In this document: in pieces, positions 25,439-35,827 of the stretch
Position numbering within the stretch: position 1 is the first letter of the stretch
Layout: each line of letters opens with the position of its first letter
Assembly (NCBI GenBank): GCA_007571135.1
Contig: RKRY01000163.1
Span: 1-40,540 of the forward strand
Length of the DNA stretch: 40,540 nucleotides
Reading direction: 5' to 3'
Source: Nitrosopumilus sp.
GTDB taxonomy: Archaea; Thermoproteota; Nitrososphaeria; Nitrososphaerales; Nitrosopumilaceae
The notes under the pieces: generated by a model
Database searches by the model: none
What the model saw: only the letters and a program-made list of their open reading frames with translations
Told to the model about the DNA's origin: nothing
Made by a program: the position numbers and the translations under genes

Positions 25439-26700
25439 TTCAACTTGTTTTCAATCTCCCTTTTGATGAATTTAACGATCATCTCCTTTTTCTTCCAGCC
25501 CGATACCCTGACATTATTCTTATCAACGATCAAAACCCTGTTTATCTGTGGATTCTTTTGGTATTCTCTTCCAATGTCATTTGCAATGATCATGTCTGCA
25601 CCTGAATCTGACATCTTTTTTTGAGCTAATTTTATCAGATTGCTCTGGGAGATGTCAGTACCGGCCTTGAATCCGATGAGAAATGCATCTTTTTGATATT
25701 TTTTCACCAAATCAATGATCTTAGGCGTTTTTTTGAACCTGATGTCTAGATATTCTCTAGTACTTTTTATCTTTGCTCTGGAGAAATTTTCAGGCGTATA
25801 ATCTGATACGGCTGCTGCCATTATAACCACGTCAAGTTTCTTCTTCTTCTTTAGTTCTTTTTTTGTAGCATCAAACATCTCTTTGCTAGTTTTTACATTT
25901 GTAACCTTTGCACCTTTAGGCGGCCTTTCATATCCCGGACCATAAATCATAGAAACCCTTGCTCCGGCAGAAATCAATTCTGATGCAAGCAATACTCCTG
26001 TCTTTCCTGTACTGATGTTTGTAATAACCCTGACCGGATCAATGTATTCGATGGTAGGACCAGCTGTCATCAGAACTTTTTTGTTTTTTAGAACTGGTGA
26101 TACGCCAAATCTGTCTAATACCTCTTCTAAAACATATTCCGGTTCAGGCGCTTTAGCTTTTCCTTCAGCTATCTGCGGATCGACAAATTGAACCTTGCCT
26201 TTTAAAAAATTTATGTTCTTTTTTACTGCGGAATTCTCATACATTGATTCATGCATTGCTAAGCACATCATAATTGGTATCTTTGAGCCAAATCCAACTG
26301 TCAATACAGTTGAAACCGGAGTATCATCAATTCCATTTGCTAATTTACCAAGTGTGTTTGCCGTTCCAGGATAAACAATTAACAAATCTGATCTCCTGTA
26401 ATCTGCTAGTCTGACATGCTCTAGTCTCCCTGTAAGCTTTGTAATTACGTCGTTTCCTGTAGCCCATTTGAAATAATCAGGCCGTATCAATCTGGTTACG
26501 GCACTGCTTGCAACACATGTTACATCTGCACCATGTCTTATGAGCAATCTGGCCAGCTCAATTGCTTTGTATGCGGCAACGCTGCCTGCAACGCACAAAA
26601 CAATCCTCTTTCCTGACAGCTCTGTTCCGTGAGACGATACAATGTCTAATGATAGATGATCATCTGTCTTGATCTTTTTCTTAACTGCCAATATGCTCAC
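25435..26700 (-). CDS. coaBC: Phosphopantothenoylcysteine decarboxylase/ligase
   Basis: GSVAAYKA, TANTLGKLANGIDD, TAGPTIEYIDPVRVITN.STGKTG, AAVSDY. Confidence 0.95.
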   Translation of the reverse strand: MSILAVKKKIKTDDHLSLDIVSSHGTELSGKRIVLCVAGSVAAYKAIELARLLIRHGADVTCVASSAVTRLIRPDYFKWATGNDVITKLTGRLEHVRLADYRRSDLLIVYPGTANTLGKLANGIDDTPVSTVLTVGFGSKIPIMMCLAMHESMYENSAVKKNINFLKGKVQFVDPQIAEGKAKAPEPEYVLEEVLDRFGVSPVLKNKKVLMTAGPTIEYIDPVRVITNISTGKTGVLLASELISAGARVSMIYGPGYERPPKGAKVTNVKTSKEMFDATKKELKKKKKLDVVIMAAAVSDYTPENFSRAKIKSTREYLDIRFKKTPKIIDLVKKYQKDAFLIGFKAGTDISQSNLIKLAQKKMSDSGADMIIANDIGREYQKNPQINRVLIVDKNNVRVSGWKKKEMIVKFIKREIENKLK

Positions 26701-27523
26701 GTAATTTTTTCAATTCCGCCTCATCGTCCATTGAAAACCAGTTCTCTTCTCTAGGGAATGTTCCTGACACTACATCGTTTTTGTAACTTTCAAGAGATCT
26801 TACGATATCTTCTGACAAATTCATGTATCTTTTTGCAAATTTGGGCCTGATCTTGTCGTACATGCCTAACAAATCCTGCACAACCAGTACCTGTCCGTCA
26901 CAACCTACTCCCGAACCTATTCCTATAATTGGAACGCTGATTGTTTTAGAAATTATCTCTGCAACTTCATGACTGACCATCTCTAGGGCAATACTAAAAA
27001 CGCCTGCTTCCTCAAGATCTTGTGCATCTTGAATCAGCTTCATTGCCGCATCTTTTGTTCTTCCTTGCACTTTGTATCCTTGTGATAGCATTGTTGTTTG
27101 AGGCTGCAATCCAAGATGTCCCATTACCGGAATTCCAACATCGACAACTGCCCTGACTGTCTTGGCCATGACTGATCCCCCTTCCAGCTTTACTGCATCT
27201 GCTCCTGCCTTGACCAATCTGCCTGAATTGTTTACCGCGTCTTCTATGCTTGCCTGATATGACATAAATGGCAAATCAGATACCAGCAGAGAATTGTTTC
27301 TTGCATTACTGACTGATTCGGTGAACATACACATTTGCTCCATTGTAACTGGAATGGTATTCTCATATCCTAGCATCACCATTCCTGCGCTGTCGCCAAC
27401 TAACAAAATATCAATTCCAGCCTTATCACATAGCGAAGCTAATGTGTAGTCATAACTCGTAATTACAGAAATTTTCTTCCTTTCTTTTTTCATGTTTAGA
27501 ATATCTTGAACCGATCTATGCAA
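26681..27523 (-). CDS. panB: 3-methyl-2-oxobutanoate hydroxymethyltransferase
   Basis: LLVGDSAGM, DLPFMSY, AVKLEGG, GHLGLQPQ, GIGSG.GCDGQVLV. Confidence 0.96.
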   Translation of the reverse strand: MHRSVQDILNMKKERKKISVITSYDYTLASLCDKAGIDILLVGDSAGMVMLGYENTIPVTMEQMCMFTESVSNARNNSLLVSDLPFMSYQASIEDAVNNSGRLVKAGADAVKLEGGSVMAKTVRAVVDVGIPVMGHLGLQPQTTMLSQGYKVQGRTKDAAMKLIQDAQDLEEAGVFSIALEMVSHEVAEIISKTISVPIIGIGSGVGCDGQVLVVQDLLGMYDKIRPKFAKRYMNLSEDIVRSLESYKNDVVSGTFPREENWFSMDDEAELKKLREHIGS

Positions 27524-28280
27524 TTCCGGCCCTCCGTGTCAAATTATTTTTTATCTGAGTTACATTCTCAGAAAGGTTATCCTTGTTGTTAAAGCTAGAA
27601 ATAATCCTTTCTAATCTGTCTGGATTTGCCTTAGCTAGTCTCTTGCATTCAATAATTAGCAAATCAACTGCCCTTGTGACATTATCTACAATTGTTATGT
27701 CTGCAGTTTGCGAAGTCCTGGAAAGTGGATTTAGATCAAACGCAATGACAATCTTTCGGGCACTCCGTAATGCCATGGTTCTATCCCCGTCTTCTAGTGG
27801 TACCACAACAACATCTGCAGCATAAATCCCATCTCTATCTACAATTCGGCGTTTTGAATCAATTCTCTCCAATTTTGCCAAGTATTTCGGATTTGTGCCA
27901 AAGATCTCTTTTGCACCATTTTTCTTTAGGGTTCTTACTATGGCCTTCTTCCTGCTCTCATTTGCATAAAAGAGGTTTACCTCGAGCTTTGCCTTGGTCT
28001 GATCTGCCAATCTGACGATCTGTTTTGGGCATAAAGCAGCAGTGTTTCCATTGACTGAAATTACTGGTTTTTGTGCCTGAATCAGATGTGCTGCAGCGGC
28101 CTTGATTGCCTGTTTGGCTGCCCTTCCAGTTTTTTCTCCAAGCAAATAATCAAATGCCTCCCCTCTGCCCTGAGCTAAAAGCCCTTCTTTTGCAACTAAT
28201 CCGTTGTCAAAACCGTCTATCAATCTTTCTCTAATTAAAAGTGATTCTGCTCTTGGATGGGATTTTGGAATTAATGGCAT
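27516..28280 (-). CDS. Archaeal 4-phosphopantoate--beta-alanine ligase (phosphopantothenate synthetase)
   Basis: HPRAESL, GRGEAFDYLLGE, SVNGN, VPLEDGDR, DLNPLSRT. Confidence 0.93.
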   Translation of the reverse strand: MPLIPKSHPRAESLLIRERLIDGFDNGLVAKEGLLAQGRGEAFDYLLGEKTGRAAKQAIKAAAAHLIQAQKPVISVNGNTAALCPKQIVRLADQTKAKLEVNLFYANESRKKAIVRTLKKNGAKEIFGTNPKYLAKLERIDSKRRIVDRDGIYAADVVVVPLEDGDRTMALRSARKIVIAFDLNPLSRTSQTADITIVDNVTRAVDLLIIECKRLAKANPDRLERIISSFNNKDNLSENVTQIKNNLTRRAGIA

Positions 28281-28290
28281 ATGATTTCAA

Positions 28291-29202
28291 TCAATTATTC
28301 AGAACTCTTGCTCCAATGTTATCTAGCTCGGATTTAATGATTGTTCCATCAGGATACCTGCTTAAAATTGCCAATACCGCATCCTCTTTACTTTTGGGAA
28401 TCATTGTAAAGACCGTCTCACCAAATAAGGCTATTCCACACTTGATATTGTTCTCAGACAATTCATTGACAAGTCTTTGCATTTTTGGTGTCACTACGCC
28501 GACATATCTTGCAAACTCTAATGACATGTCCTGAAAATATTCATAGTCTCTTGATTCTAATAACCTGCCTACCATCTTGCCTCCAAGGCCGTTGATTTGT
28601 GATAAACGTTCTTTGATGAACCTGTTTGTGGAGACTGGAGAGAAGCAGATCATAACTGTTGAAATCTCTTCAGTTGAAATTTGTTCGACACTTCCAATTC
28701 CAGGGGCTCCCGGCTTGATTCTAATCTCAAAGCCGCCGTGATATGCGGCTAGCACATCCCCCAAACCTGTTTTACAGTTTACCTCGGCATTATGAGCAAT
28801 CTCCCCAACTCTTGTTTTATCTAACTTTGTTTGTAGTGCCTTATCTAATGCATACGAAAGCGATAAAGCAGATGCACCGCTTGATCCTAAACCATAGCCT
28901 ACCGGAATAGTAATTTCATGCCTTATGTCAAAAAATCTATCCGTAAAATCTCCCATTTGCAGAAATTCATTTACAACAAATTCTGATACATCCGTTTTGT
29001 CTGATTCATACCCAATCGTCGTGATCTTAAAATTTGATTCCTGTCCTCGCCGCTCCTCAACCCTAACGCTGGTCGTCACTCCGTGTTTAATTGAGAACCC
29101 TGCCCCCGTTGAGCCAAGATTTTCAGAAACCAGTTGGGAATCATCTAAATGAGCTGTGAAAAATCCTGTAATGTGTGCAGGACAAAATGCCTTAGCCTCC
29201 AT
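28291..29202 (-). CDS. Pantoate kinase (GHMP family)
   Basis: AFCPAHITGFF, PVGYGLGSSGA, TGLGDV, PGAPG; in the CoA cluster. Confidence 0.92.
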   Translation of the reverse strand: MEAKAFCPAHITGFFTAHLDDSQLVSENLGSTGAGFSIKHGVTTSVRVEERRGQESNFKITTIGYESDKTDVSEFVVNEFLQMGDFTDRFFDIRHEITIPVGYGLGSSGASALSLSYALDKALQTKLDKTRVGEIAHNAEVNCKTGLGDVLAAYHGGFEIRIKPGAPGIGSVEQISTEEISTVMICFSPVSTNRFIKERLSQINGLGGKMVGRLLESRDYEYFQDMSLEFARYVGVVTPKMQRLVNELSENNIKCGIALFGETVFTMIPKSKEDAVLAILSRYPDGTIIKSELDNIGARVLNN

Positions 29203-29267
29203 TGATCTGAGTTTAAATTCAACACAAAATATAAGAATATGGCTTAAATTAATTAAATTAGTATAAA

Positions 29268-30248
29268 TTGACTAAATTCATTAGACGTCTGCAAAGAATT
29301 GGAAGTAGCATTCTAGTCTCTCTCCCAAAAGAATGGGTTGACGCAAATAACTTGGATAAGAGCAGCCAGGTAGAGCTCGAAACTGGCCATGACAGCATCT
29401 CTATCTCTGCCAACAAAGAAATCCGCCCAACAAAAGAGTTGGTCATCTCGTATCCTCTGCCAAAAGAGGAGAATATCGTTGCAGACATTACCGGCGCATA
29501 TCTTTTAGGATATGATATCATTCAGATTCGCTCACAATCAATTATTCCTAATGAAGACAGAGAGCAGATACGTAATTCTATGAGACGTCTTGTTGGAATG
29601 GAGATAATTGAAGAAGATGCCCATCATATTAACGTGCAATTTCTTTTAGATGCTACAACGCTTAATCCGCAAAAAATTCTCAAAAGAATGAGCTCAATTG
29701 CCTTGGGAATGTATGATGATGCAACAAATGGATTGACATTACATGATAGATCAAATTTGCAAACAATTTCAAATCGTGATGTAGAGGTAAATCGACAATA
29801 TTTCTTGCTGGTAAGGTTAATTCGTAGCACTCTTGTAGACAAAAGATTAGCCTCTGCTTTTAATTTAGAAAATATTGACATCTTGGATTACCGAGTTGCC
29901 GCCAATCTTTTAGAAAATGCTGGTGATTCTATAGTCGAATTATCAAATTTAATTTACAATTCATCGCTTTCAAGGGAACACACAAAAAAAATTTTTAATG
30001 TTGTAAGGAATTTTGATGTTTTAGCTGAAAAATCCATCGACGCTTTTACAAAACCTGACAGGCTACTGGCAATTGAGGCAATTTCCTCTCATAAGGAGTT
30101 GGGAGGCAAACTTAGTTCATTGCGTGCTAGTTTAGACAAGACAAAGGGAATTCATATCGACTTTTTAGATCTGATCTATATGTTTGAAAAAGTGATTCAA
30201 TCTTGGGCCGACGTAGCAGATCTTGTAAAACCCATTTACAACGAATAG
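29268..30248 (+). CDS. AbrB-domain PhoU-family phosphate uptake regulator
   Basis: RRLQRIGSSILVSLPKEW N-terminus, AYLLGYD, RDVEVNRQYFL. Confidence 0.88.
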   Translation: MTKFIRRLQRIGSSILVSLPKEWVDANNLDKSSQVELETGHDSISISANKEIRPTKELVISYPLPKEENIVADITGAYLLGYDIIQIRSQSIIPNEDREQIRNSMRRLVGMEIIEEDAHHINVQFLLDATTLNPQKILKRMSSIALGMYDDATNGLTLHDRSNLQTISNRDVEVNRQYFLLVRLIRSTLVDKRLASAFNLENIDILDYRVAANLLENAGDSIVELSNLIYNSSLSREHTKKIFNVVRNFDVLAEKSIDAFTKPDRLLAIEAISSHKELGGKLSSLRASLDKTKGIHIDFLDLIYMFEKVIQSWADVADLVKPIYNE

Positions 30249-30251
30249 CCC

Positions 30252-30764
30252 TTAGGGTCTCTTCCTTGTAACATATGCTAAAACAGCACAAATTGTTTTT
30301 GAGTCTTGGATTTTTCCTGTCTTGATCATTCTGAGAACTTTTTTTAAATCTATTTTTTCCACTGACAAAATTTCGTCTGCATCAAGCTTCAAGTCGGCAA
30401 TCTTCTTTAATCCCGAGGCTAGAAAGCAGTAGATGATCTCCGAGTTGTAGCCAATTGATGGGTAAAACGTGATTAGCGGAGTCATCTTTTTTGCCCCATA
30501 CCCAGTCTCTTCTTCCAACTCCCTAGACGCACATTTGATCGGCTTCTCGTTTTCTTCTAGTGTTCCAGCTGGAATTTCTAAAACGTACCCGTGGGGAAAT
30601 CTGTGTTGCTTGACTAAAATCAATTTCTTCTCTTCATCAAATGCAAGTATTGCCGCTGCACCCCTGTGCTCAATTACTTCCCGCTTAACTTTCCTGCCTT
30701 CAATCTTTCCGTCATATACGCTTAATCCTAAAATCCTGCCGTCATAGATCTTTGTTTTTTTCAT
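30252..30764 (-). CDS. NUDIX hydrolase (ADP-ribose pyrophosphatase-like)
   Basis: [11 protein letters not shown]...[11 protein letters not shown] Nudix box. Confidence 0.92.
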   Translation of the reverse strand: MKKTKIYDGRILGLSVYDGKIEGRKVKREVIEHRGAAAILAFDEEKKLILVKQHRFPHGYVLEIPAGTLEENEKPIKCASRELEEETGYGAKKMTPLITFYPSIGYNSEIIYCFLASGLKKIADLKLDADEILSVEKIDLKKVLRMIKTGKIQDSKTICAVLAYVTRKRP

Positions 30765-30792
30765 TAATTTTCTTATGAAAAATTCTTACTAT

Positions 30793-31725
30793 TTAATTTG
30801 ATTGACATGCTAAATGCAATGTCGGCGATTTCTTAAAATCAGCTATTGCTTTTTCTAGCCATTTGTCATAAAAGGAGATCCTTTTAGGTATGAACAGATC
30901 TGTCGATTTCACATTTTTGATATCCCTGATCTTTTGTGTGATTTCATCCATCTTGAAAATACTGTCGCTATACATAAACAAGACGATCTGATTTCTTGCA
31001 ATAAATGGAACTTGCAAATAGGAATCCGAAAATATCACATTCATACTCTCTAACGTTCCTTTGAGATCATCCTCTATCCATGTAAGAACTGCATATGGGA
31101 TAAAATCCTTAATCTTCTGTGGATCATAGACTAACGTAAACTGAATGCCGTCATCTTTTTGAAGTTTTTCAATACACCTTGTAACTGTCTTCGTTGACAG
31201 ACCTGTTTTTTTAGCAATATACTCAATTTTCTGCCTTGGATCTTTAACCAGTTCTTCTAAAATCTCTAGATCTGTTTTTGTAAGGTTTGAACCAAATCCT
31301 GTATTATCAGCTTCGAAAATTGTCAGGACCCTGACATCTCTAGTCAGCTTTGATGCCAACCCTACTTTCTGTCCCAAATTTTCTTTAATTACAATTCCAC
31401 AAACTGTAATTCCTCCAACGCATGGAACCACGATAAATGGCTCACCGACAAGACTTACCTGTTCTAAAATTTCCTCGATATCCTCTCCAGATATCACAAA
31501 GTACAGGATTCCATACCCTAAAACCGGGGGTTCGACCTTAATGAAGAAATCCTCAATGATACCGCTTTTTTCCATTTTTTTGATTCTAGCACGTACTGCA
31601 CCGCCTGAAATTCTTAATTCCAAGCCTATCTTCCTGTCAGATTCTCTGCAATTATTTAAAAGCCTGCTCAAAATTTTCATGTCTAAAATGTCCATTTTAT
31701 CATCTAAAATATCTATATGAAACAT
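30793..31725 (-). CDS. Lrp/AsnC family regulator with tandem HTH domains
   Basis: MDILDMKILSRL...AVRARIKKM and TDLEILEEL..DPR....IAKKTGLS..TV; true start may be the later MDILD. Confidence 0.85.
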   Translation of the reverse strand: MFHIDILDDKMDILDMKILSRLLNNCRESDRKIGLELRISGGAVRARIKKMEKSGIIEDFFIKVEPPVLGYGILYFVISGEDIEEILEQVSLVGEPFIVVPCVGGITVCGIVIKENLGQKVGLASKLTRDVRVLTIFEADNTGFGSNLTKTDLEILEELVKDPRQKIEYIAKKTGLSTKTVTRCIEKLQKDDGIQFTLVYDPQKIKDFIPYAVLTWIEDDLKGTLESMNVIFSDSYLQVPFIARNQIVLFMYSDSIFKMDEITQKIRDIKNVKSTDLFIPKRISFYDKWLEKAIADFKKSPTLHLACQSN

Positions 31726-31811
31726 ATAAAGAACTATTTTTACATAAAATTGTCTGTTATGTTAGCACTATACACTATATACATTAAATAGTAGACTATT
31801 TTAATCTGATT

Positions 31812-32999
31812 GTGGAATACAGACTAACCCTAGCAAAAAGAATGCTGTTTAACAAAAAAGGGAGTTTGATTGGAGCAGTTTTAGCTGTTACAATTGGGAT
31901 CCTGGTAATTCATGTAAATTTTGTAATCTTTCAAGGACTCTTTGATGCAATTGTACGAGACATTAGCGATTACAGGAATGGGGATATTCTTGTGACCGAT
32001 GATGCTGACTTTATCGATAAATCTGATTTATCCCTAGTCAACTGGTTTGAAAGAATTCCATATGTTGAAGCGGCAACGCCGCGGCTCTCATCTACCGCAG
32101 AGATGAATATGACAAAATATGGAAAACTTGTTGAAAAGACACGCGTTCCAATTGTAGGAGTTGATCCTTTTACTGACATTAGAACTTCAACAGTTCATCA
32201 AACTATTTCAGAAGGATCCTATGTTTTTTCAAGAAATTCTATAGTTTTGGGATCTAATGTCGCAAGAGATCTTGGAGGGGCAGGCGTTGGAGATAGTCTC
32301 AAGGTTCTGGTAGTTGATAGATATGGCGAGGATCAGATAAGACGATTTACTGTGTCTGGAATTGCAAAATCCCCCGGTGGACAGGGTTTTGACTATACTG
32401 CCGTTATTCATATTGACACATTACGGGACATGATGAGTCGTCAGGGCCATACCGGTTCATTAATGGTTAAACTAAACGATCCTTCCAAGGCTTTTGAGGT
32501 CAAGGAATTCTTTTTACGTTCATTTCCTAACGATGATTTCCTAGCTGAAACCATAGAAGAGTCTGCCGAAGAACAACTAGCTGGATTTAGATCCGGAATT
32601 GCAATGATCAACATGATTGGCTATTTTGGAATGATGTCGTCTGCATTTGCAATTGTCACTATTCAGATGATGCTAGTAAATGGAAAAACTAGAGAAATTG
32701 GCATAATGCGATCAATTGGCGCAAAACGAAAAGACATCCTAATCATCTTTATTTTTCAGGGAATGATTATTGGAGCAATTGGGGCAGGCGTAGGCACCGC
32801 TGCTGGATTGGGTTACACGTTTTACGCAAAGGAAACGAAGATGTCTTTTAACAACAGCCTCCCCCTGGAAGTAAGCTATGATTGGGGAAAGATTGCCCAA
32901 ACGGCCCTTACATCATTTACCCTGGCAATAATTGCCTCACTGTATCCATCATATAGAGCGACAAAACTGCTACCTGTAGAGGCGATGAGAACTGTCTAA
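31812..32999 (+). CDS. ABC transporter permease (FtsX/LolC/MacB-like)
   Basis: N-terminal TM, large extracellular loop, KTREIGIMRSIGA, YPSYRATKL.PVEAMR. Confidence 0.92.
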   Translation: MEYRLTLAKRMLFNKKGSLIGAVLAVTIGILVIHVNFVIFQGLFDAIVRDISDYRNGDILVTDDADFIDKSDLSLVNWFERIPYVEAATPRLSSTAEMNMTKYGKLVEKTRVPIVGVDPFTDIRTSTVHQTISEGSYVFSRNSIVLGSNVARDLGGAGVGDSLKVLVVDRYGEDQIRRFTVSGIAKSPGGQGFDYTAVIHIDTLRDMMSRQGHTGSLMVKLNDPSKAFEVKEFFLRSFPNDDFLAETIEESAEEQLAGFRSGIAMINMIGYFGMMSSAFAIVTIQMMLVNGKTREIGIMRSIGAKRKDILIIFIFQGMIIGAIGAGVGTAAGLGYTFYAKETKMSFNNSLPLEVSYDWGKIAQTALTSFTLAIIASLYPSYRATKLLPVEAMRTV

Positions 33000-33699
33000 A
33001 ACAGTACTTCAAATCAGTAATGTTAGCAAGATATACGGGGAAGATGAGAATCAGGTAAAGGCACTTGATAATGTGTCCTTTTCCATTGAACAAGGACAAT
33101 TTGTCCTAATTGTTGGAAGCTCTGGCTCGGGAAAATCTACGCTATTAAATATGGTCGGACTGCTTGATAGGCCAACAAGGGGGAAGATCTTCATCGATGG
33201 CGTCGATACTACTACATTAAATGATGGCAACATTTCGTCATTTAGAAACCAGAAACTGGGATTTATCTTCCAATTTTCAAATCTGTTAACCGATCTTACT
33301 GTTTTAGAAAATGTTCTATTGCCAAGACATATTGGCAAAAGTACAAAAACAACCGAATCTGACGCAATTGATCTGTTAACCTCTGTTGGACTTGAATCCC
33401 AAATTAATAAACGCGCAAATAAGATCTCAGGCGGACAGGCCCAAAGAGCCGCAATTGCACGCGGATTGATAAACAAACCGTCAATTGTTTTGGCCGATGA
33501 GCCTACGGGAAATCTTGATTCGGTCACTTCTCAAACAATTGTGGACTTGATGAAATCAATGGCAAAAAAACTCAATCAGACTTTCATAATTGTAACTCAC
33601 GACAGACAGCATTTTGGGAATGCTGACAGAGTTATTACAATTAAGGATGGCAAGGCGTTTGAAGGCGGCCAGCTACCGATGATGGAGGTTTTACCATGA
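32992..33699 (+). CDS. ABC transporter ATP-binding protein (LolD-like); probable CTG start
   Basis: GSSGSGKST, ISGGQAQR, LADEPTGNLD, IVTHD; the family N-terminus VLQISNVSKIYG...ALDNVSF lies upstream of the ORF-track start. Confidence 0.9.
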   Translation: MSKTVLQISNVSKIYGEDENQVKALDNVSFSIEQGQFVLIVGSSGSGKSTLLNMVGLLDRPTRGKIFIDGVDTTTLNDGNISSFRNQKLGFIFQFSNLLTDLTVLENVLLPRHIGKSTKTTESDAIDLLTSVGLESQINKRANKISGGQAQRAAIARGLINKPSIVLADEPTGNLDSVTSQTIVDLMKSMAKKLNQTFIIVTHDRQHFGNADRVITIKDGKAFEGGQLPMMEVLP

Positions 33700-35012
33700 T
33701 AAACCAAAAACTATTGTTCTCAATGATGATGCTGATTGGGTTATTACCATTAGTTGCAAATGATTCATTTGGTCAAATCACATCTGGTGGATTTGGTGAT
33801 TCACCGTTTGAACGTGATTTTGGCGACATCAAATTCCTTGATGCATATTTTGGTACATTAAATAAAAAAATAGAAGTTGAGGCTGGTGACAGAAATGTTC
33901 CATTCACTGTAGTCTTTGCAAATGTCGGAACCCAGGATATTACTGGAATTCGGGGACAATTGTCCCTGCCCTTTGGTTTTAGTCCTGCAGACGGACCGGA
34001 CACGATAATTTATGCAGATAGTGACTCTAATTCTCCTGCAGGAGACAATTTTCATCTAACGTTTTTTGTCAATATTGCTAAAAATACACCAATTCAGCAG
34101 TATCCGGGTACTGTGAAAGTTGATTATTCAAGATTGCGAGAGTCTGGAGTCAGAACGGCATTTGCTGATTTTCAGTTCAAGGTTACCGGAGATAGTGTCA
34201 TCAATGTTAGGGCATTAGAACCATTTCTTACTTCATTGACGACAAACAATGTTGTAATTGAAATTGCAAATGACGGAACAGCACCAATCTCGGGAGTTGA
34301 CATTGTCTCAACAAATACCCAAACAGAACGCGCATCAACTGCATCTTCAACTACTAATGTAGAAAATGTCGTCATCTTAGAATCAAATTGGGATATAGGG
34401 ACTATAGAGCCTCAATCTGTAAAATTCCTAACGGCAACCGTATATGTTCCAGAATCCCTTAAAGGAGACACGTTACGAATTCCGTTATCGATCTCGTATT
34501 ATAACGCACATGGGGATCAGGAGATGGTTTCAAAAATTGTTGATTTCTACATTAAGGGATTGATTGATCTAACAGTATTTAATGTAAAAGTAATAGAACT
34601 TTCTGGAACGCAGATGGTTGTAGGGGAAATTCTTAACGAGGGAAATCAAGATGGACTGTTCGGATTTGCATCCATTCAACCACGGGGCAACTCCAACATT
34701 ACGCCCCAGTCTCAATTCATTGATGAGATAGAAGTTGATGCCCCAGTCCCCTTTAATCTGCCTGTAGAGTTTGATGGCGAACCGGAATACGGGGAACACG
34801 AAGTGACAATTACTGTAAGATACAAAGACGGTGTGCGTGACGAAATTTTTGTAAATCATGATACTGCGATCCTCATTGAAGCTCCATCAAATGAAGAAGA
34901 GAGCGGATCAGATGTTACATACCTGATGATTATTCCCATTGTTATGGCAATTGGGATGGGCATTTACTTGATGCGCAGGCGTAAAAATCAATCGATTGCC
35001 CCAAGCGATTGA
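33696..35012 (+). CDS. COG1361-like S-layer-domain exported protein
   Basis: Signal peptide, Ig-like repeats (FANVGT, IANDGT, ILNEGN), C-terminal TM followed by RRRK. Confidence 0.75.
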   Translation: MINQKLLFSMMMLIGLLPLVANDSFGQITSGGFGDSPFERDFGDIKFLDAYFGTLNKKIEVEAGDRNVPFTVVFANVGTQDITGIRGQLSLPFGFSPADGPDTIIYADSDSNSPAGDNFHLTFFVNIAKNTPIQQYPGTVKVDYSRLRESGVRTAFADFQFKVTGDSVINVRALEPFLTSLTTNNVVIEIANDGTAPISGVDIVSTNTQTERASTASSTTNVENVVILESNWDIGTIEPQSVKFLTATVYVPESLKGDTLRIPLSISYYNAHGDQEMVSKIVDFYIKGLIDLTVFNVKVIELSGTQMVVGEILNEGNQDGLFGFASIQPRGNSNITPQSQFIDEIEVDAPVPFNLPVEFDGEPEYGEHEVTITVRYKDGVRDEIFVNHDTAILIEAPSNEEESGSDVTYLMIIPIVMAIGMGIYLMRRRKNQSIAPSD

Positions 35013-35150
35013 ATCTTTAGCCTTACCTGATAGTAGCCACTGACAAAAACTGCAAATTTCAATTGTTGCTCTTGTTAGTAACTGTTGGCAGCTCAATCTA
35101 CATGATCGCATCTACACTACATGCTACGTTAAACGCCAATGCTTATCAAT

Positions 35151-35283
35151 GGTAACCGGTTAAGTCACATAAAGGAACTTGTAAAAAATGGGAGCTCATA
35201 GCTTTCATGCTGTATATTTTTCAACAACTTGCCAGATTTTGCATGATTAATTGAAATTATGAAATCTGACTTAACTGATTACC
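35151..35283. mobile_element. 133-bp MITE family C (IS1-like GGTAA ends)
   Basis: TIR ggtaaccggttaagtca / tgacttaactgattacc; inverted copy at 38375-38507. Confidence 0.88.
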
Positions 35284-35359
35284 TTGATTTAACTCAACGC
35301 TTCCCTTCTGAAGGCCTTGATCTTTCTAGATTCATATAGTTTCTAGTAATGAAGATCTT

Positions 35360-35548
35360 GTGGAATTACATAGAAAATTGACGTACATTGGTGCAATTTT
35401 GTTAGTGGTTACATTTTTGATAAATCATTATTACCAAACAGATCATCTCCGAATCGGTTTTAATTATGCATATGTTACAGGGGTTGCAATGGTAATTTGT
35501 TTTGGAACTAGTTTTGTATTGTTTACAAAAGATAAGATAAACGATTAA
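35360..35548 (+). CDS. Small two-TM membrane protein
   Basis: 62 aa with two hydrophobic segments. Confidence 0.6.
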   Translation: MELHRKLTYIGAILLVVTFLINHYYQTDHLRIGFNYAYVTGVAMVICFGTSFVLFTKDKIND

Positions 35549-35705
35549 AAATTCCCAATAGGTGACGCAGGTCCATTTTTGGAAACCCGTCTTCTGTTTG
35601 ATGCGAATCTTGAAAAATTCAATAAGAAAAGAACGTATGGCATTTGGAATTTGAGATGCCGCGTTTTTGTTTGTTCTGCCTTGACTCCAACATTTTGCAG
35701 CCTGT

Positions 35706-35785
35706 TGGCTTGTTATACAACTTGCTTTTCAAAGCCATTTCTGGCCAAGATTATCTTAGTCTAGGCAGGATCATGAAAGACTGCA
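35706..35785. mobile_element. MITE family A, diverged copy 6
   Basis: acaacttgcttttcaaagccatttctggccaagattatcttagtctaggcagg core; ends degenerate. Confidence 0.8.
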
Positions 35786-35827
35786 CTCCTGCCGTAAGAT
35801 TATAAACAATTACTTGATCTTTTGATC

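Noticed and set aside
25441-25454. caacttgttttcaa resembling the MITE A core
   Set aside because: Short chance match within the coaBC coding end; the rest of the element is absent.
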